The notes under the pieces: generated by a model
Seen by the model: the letters and a program-made list of their open reading frames with translations, nothing else
The model's database searches: none
What the model was told of the DNA's origin: nothing
In this document: positions 62,371 to 64,000 of the stretch, one piece after another
Numbering within the stretch: position 1 is the stretch's first letter
How the letters are laid out: every line of letters begins with the position of its first letter
Source: an uncultured Actinomycetes bacterium
GTDB taxonomy: Bacteria > Actinomycetota > Thermoleophilia > RBG-16-64-13
Length of the DNA: 64,000 bases
Reading direction: 5' to 3'
Assembly (NCBI GenBank): GCA_963829545.1
Contig: CAWHIX010000006.1
Span: forward strand, 65,097 to 129,096
Program-made: the position numbers and the translations under genes

Positions 62371-62786
62371 CCTTCCCCTGGAGTACGCCCTGATCGAATT
62401 CGAGGACGCCAAGTTATCGGGCAAGATCATCCCCGAACTCTTGCATCTGGCGGAGCGCGGCATCGTGCGTTTCGTAGACATCGCCTTCATCCAGAAGGAG
62501 GAGGACGGCACCACGCGCACCCTCGAACTCAACGATCTCGATCCCGAGGTCTACGAGCTGTTCGTCCCCGTGGGCGAGCACGTCTCCAACCTCTTCACCA
62601 ACGACGACCTGCAGATCGCCGCGAGCAGACTCCCCGCGAAGTCGGCGGCAGTACTCTTCCTGTGGGAGAATCTGTGGGTCGCCGACCTCGCAAGGCGTCA
62701 TGGACGCCGGCGGTCGTCTTGTAGAACGGGCGCAGATCGCCCCCGAGATAGTCGAAGAATTCAAGGAGGCTCTCGCCGCGGAATAG
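62363..62786 (+). CDS. Small soluble protein resembling the cytosolic domain of DUF1269 (DUF6325-like); translationally coupled to SulP (8-nt overlap); frameshift near 62700
   Basis: RBS aaggag + ATG 62363; MFDLPLEYALIEFEDAKLSGKIIPELLHLAERGIVRFVDIAFIQKEEDGT...AVLFLWENLWVADLAR. The plausible C-terminus VMDAGGRLVERAQIAPEIVEEFKEALAAE* is in the +1 frame (stop 62784-62786). Confidence 0.5.
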
Positions 62787-62844
62787 CAGGCGACTCCGAA
62801 AGCTAGCGTGAACCGATCCAGACTTTTCCATAGGAGGCAGAATA

Positions 62845-63047
62845 ATGGGACCACGTAGAGGACCGAATCCCCCCGGACCTGTCGGCGGCGTCGGCCGCGG
62901 ACCTAACCCTCCGGGACCAGTGGGCGGTGTCGGCCGTGGACCAATCCCCCCGGCCCTGTCGGTGGCGTCGGCCGCGGACCAAACCCCCCCGGCCCCGTGG
63001 GCGGCGTCGGTGTGGGACGCCGCAATGGCGTGGGGCTGCTGCGCTAG
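62845..63047 (+). CDS. Small Gly/Pro-rich tandem-repeat peptide: M-GPRR-(GPNPPGPVGGVGR)x3-GPNPPGPVGGVGV-GRRNGVGLLR (one 1-nt deletion in repeat 3 as sequenced)
   Basis: RBS aggaggcagaata + ATG 62845. Four 39-nt repeats; repeats 1 and 2 differ at 8 positions, all synonymous. ORF track entry 62845..63222 reads through in the shifted frame. Confidence 0.5.
62860..63014 (+). repeat. 4 x 39-nt tandem direct repeat (third copy 38 nt)
   Basis: ggaccgaatccccccggacctgtcggcggcgtcggccgc / ggacctaaccctccgggaccagtgggcggtgtcggccgt / ggaccaatccccccggccctgtcggtggcgtcggccgc / ggaccaaacccccccggccccgtgggcggcgtcggtgtg. Confidence 0.85.
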
Positions 63048-63118
63048 GTCGTCCGCTCCGCTTGCGGACGCCAAGCGCGGGCACCGGCTGATCGCGCCGG
63101 GCTCGAGGAGAATAACCA

Positions 63119-63160
63119 GGGGCGCGCCCCGCTATCGGGGCGCGCCCCTGTCTGTTTCGG
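63119..63160. terminator. Bidirectional terminator: two copies of self-complementary GGGGCGCGCCCC separated by GCTATC, U-rich on both sides
   Basis: aGGGGCGCGCCCCgctatcGGGGCGCGCCCCtgtctgtttcgg lies between the convergent repeat-peptide and TetR genes. The TetR stop codon (cta complement, 63132-63134) sits in the loop. Confidence 0.55.
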
Positions 63161-63791
63161 GGTCCGGTCTTGGCCTCCGACGGCGTGAGCTCTCCCCGCC
63201 TTTCAACTCGGCGGGGTGGTAGCGGACACCGTCCCAGATCATCTTGTCGACTTCCAGCAGCGCCTCTCGGGCAGTGAGACCGGCAGCGGCCAGGAGGTCT
63301 TCGTCGCGAACGGCGAAGGCGATGTATCTGAACATGCCGACAGCGAAACGAACGTTGATCGGCCTGATCTCGCCGGCCTTCGCGGCCTCGTCGAGCAGCG
63401 CCGAGAAGCGCTCGATGAACCGATCGGACACGATCTCTCGATAGGCCCTCCGGGTCGCTTCGAAATACTCGACGTCGCGGCGAAAAGTGGAAGTCAACTC
63501 GCGCAGGCCGTCGGCTCCTTCGCGGTAGTAGGTCCGAGCCCGAGCGGACGGCGTGGAACATGCACGCGCCTGGGCATCGATATTGGCGAGCAGGCGCTCT
63601 CCCCACCGCTCAAGAGCAAGGATCACGAGGTCGGTCTTGCTTGGTGCAAGCTTGTAGAGAGTGGCGACGGAGCAGCGGAGCTCCCGTGCGAGGTCGGACA
63701 TCTTCAGCTCGGAGAAGCCCCGCGCTGCGACGATGCGCATCACACCGTCGAGCAACTCCTCGGCGCGGCCGTTGGCAAGTCTCTTGGGCAC
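63132..63791 (-). CDS. TetR/AcrR-family transcriptional regulator
   Basis: GTG at 63789-63791 (complement) after RBS gggaggga; N-terminal HTH RAEELLDGVMRIVAARGFSELKMSDLARELRCSVATLYKLAPSKTDLV. The C-terminal tail RRRRPRPDPETDRGAPR is unusual, so the gene may be frameshifted or read into the terminator. Confidence 0.75.
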   Translation of the reverse strand: MPKRLANGRAEELLDGVMRIVAARGFSELKMSDLARELRCSVATLYKLAPSKTDLVILALERWGERLLANIDAQARACSTPSARARTYYREGADGLRELTSTFRRDVEYFEATRRAYREIVSDRFIERFSALLDEAAKAGEIRPINVRFAVGMFRYIAFAVRDEDLLAAAGLTAREALLEVDKMIWDGVRYHPAELKGGESSRRRRPRPDPETDRGAPR

Positions 63792-64000
63792 ACCACGTCC
63801 CTCCCGTGAACCGTCCGGCGCGGCTCCGATCGTCGTAGACAAGGACAGACCCGCTATTGTACGGCGCATAGAATGATACTAGAATGGGTACCAAGCTACT
63901 GAATATATTACTCTAACTCGTCCGCCGCCGCACGACCTTTGGCGGCAGAGTTGTGGCCACAAGTCCCCTGCAGGAGAAAGCATGAAGGCACTGGCGGCAT

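Overview
The window is about 70% GC with long spurious antisense ORFs, and looks like a chromosomal segment from an Actinomycetota-like genome. Conserved housekeeping synteny runs on the minus strand: SRP RNA (ffs) ... dnaX-ybaB-recR ... ygbA-like ... lysC ... asd, plus a tRNA-Ser(GGA). The 5' third holds an OmpR/HK two-component pair next to a glycogen/maltodextrin module (glgP alpha-glucan phosphorylase divergent from malQ). Next to it is a minus-strand cell-envelope/repair cluster: O-antigen-ligase family, ugd, MurNAc-LAA amidase, LOG-family protein, DEXH helicase with a C-terminal DUF1998 zinc finger, and a metallophosphoesterase. The middle holds an orphan Tat-lipoprotein solute-binding protein, an ABC-2 exporter, lysC, and a tract (31-38 kb) dominated by frameshifted genes: a Kef-type antiporter, a lipoprotein, a steroid-5-alpha-reductase family gene, an AEC permease and a HAD/PurM-like pair. 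The 3' third (48-64 kb) is an accessory locus with a sulfur theme. It has two SulP/STAS transporters, a Cys-type arylsulfatase fused in-frame to a DUF1269 membrane domain, an MBL-fold hydrolase, GNAT and MoaF-like proteins, and a large MalT/LAL-type LuxR regulator. The LAL regulator is flanked by two copies of a roughly 90-nt conserved noncoding element. A small ORF at the 3' end encodes four tandem GPNPPGPVGGVGR repeats whose copies differ only at synonymous positions. No CRISPR array, transposase or integrase was recognised. Single-nucleotide frameshifts are common throughout the window, many at homopolymer runs. They may be sequencing indels or genuine pseudogenes; read-level data would decide.
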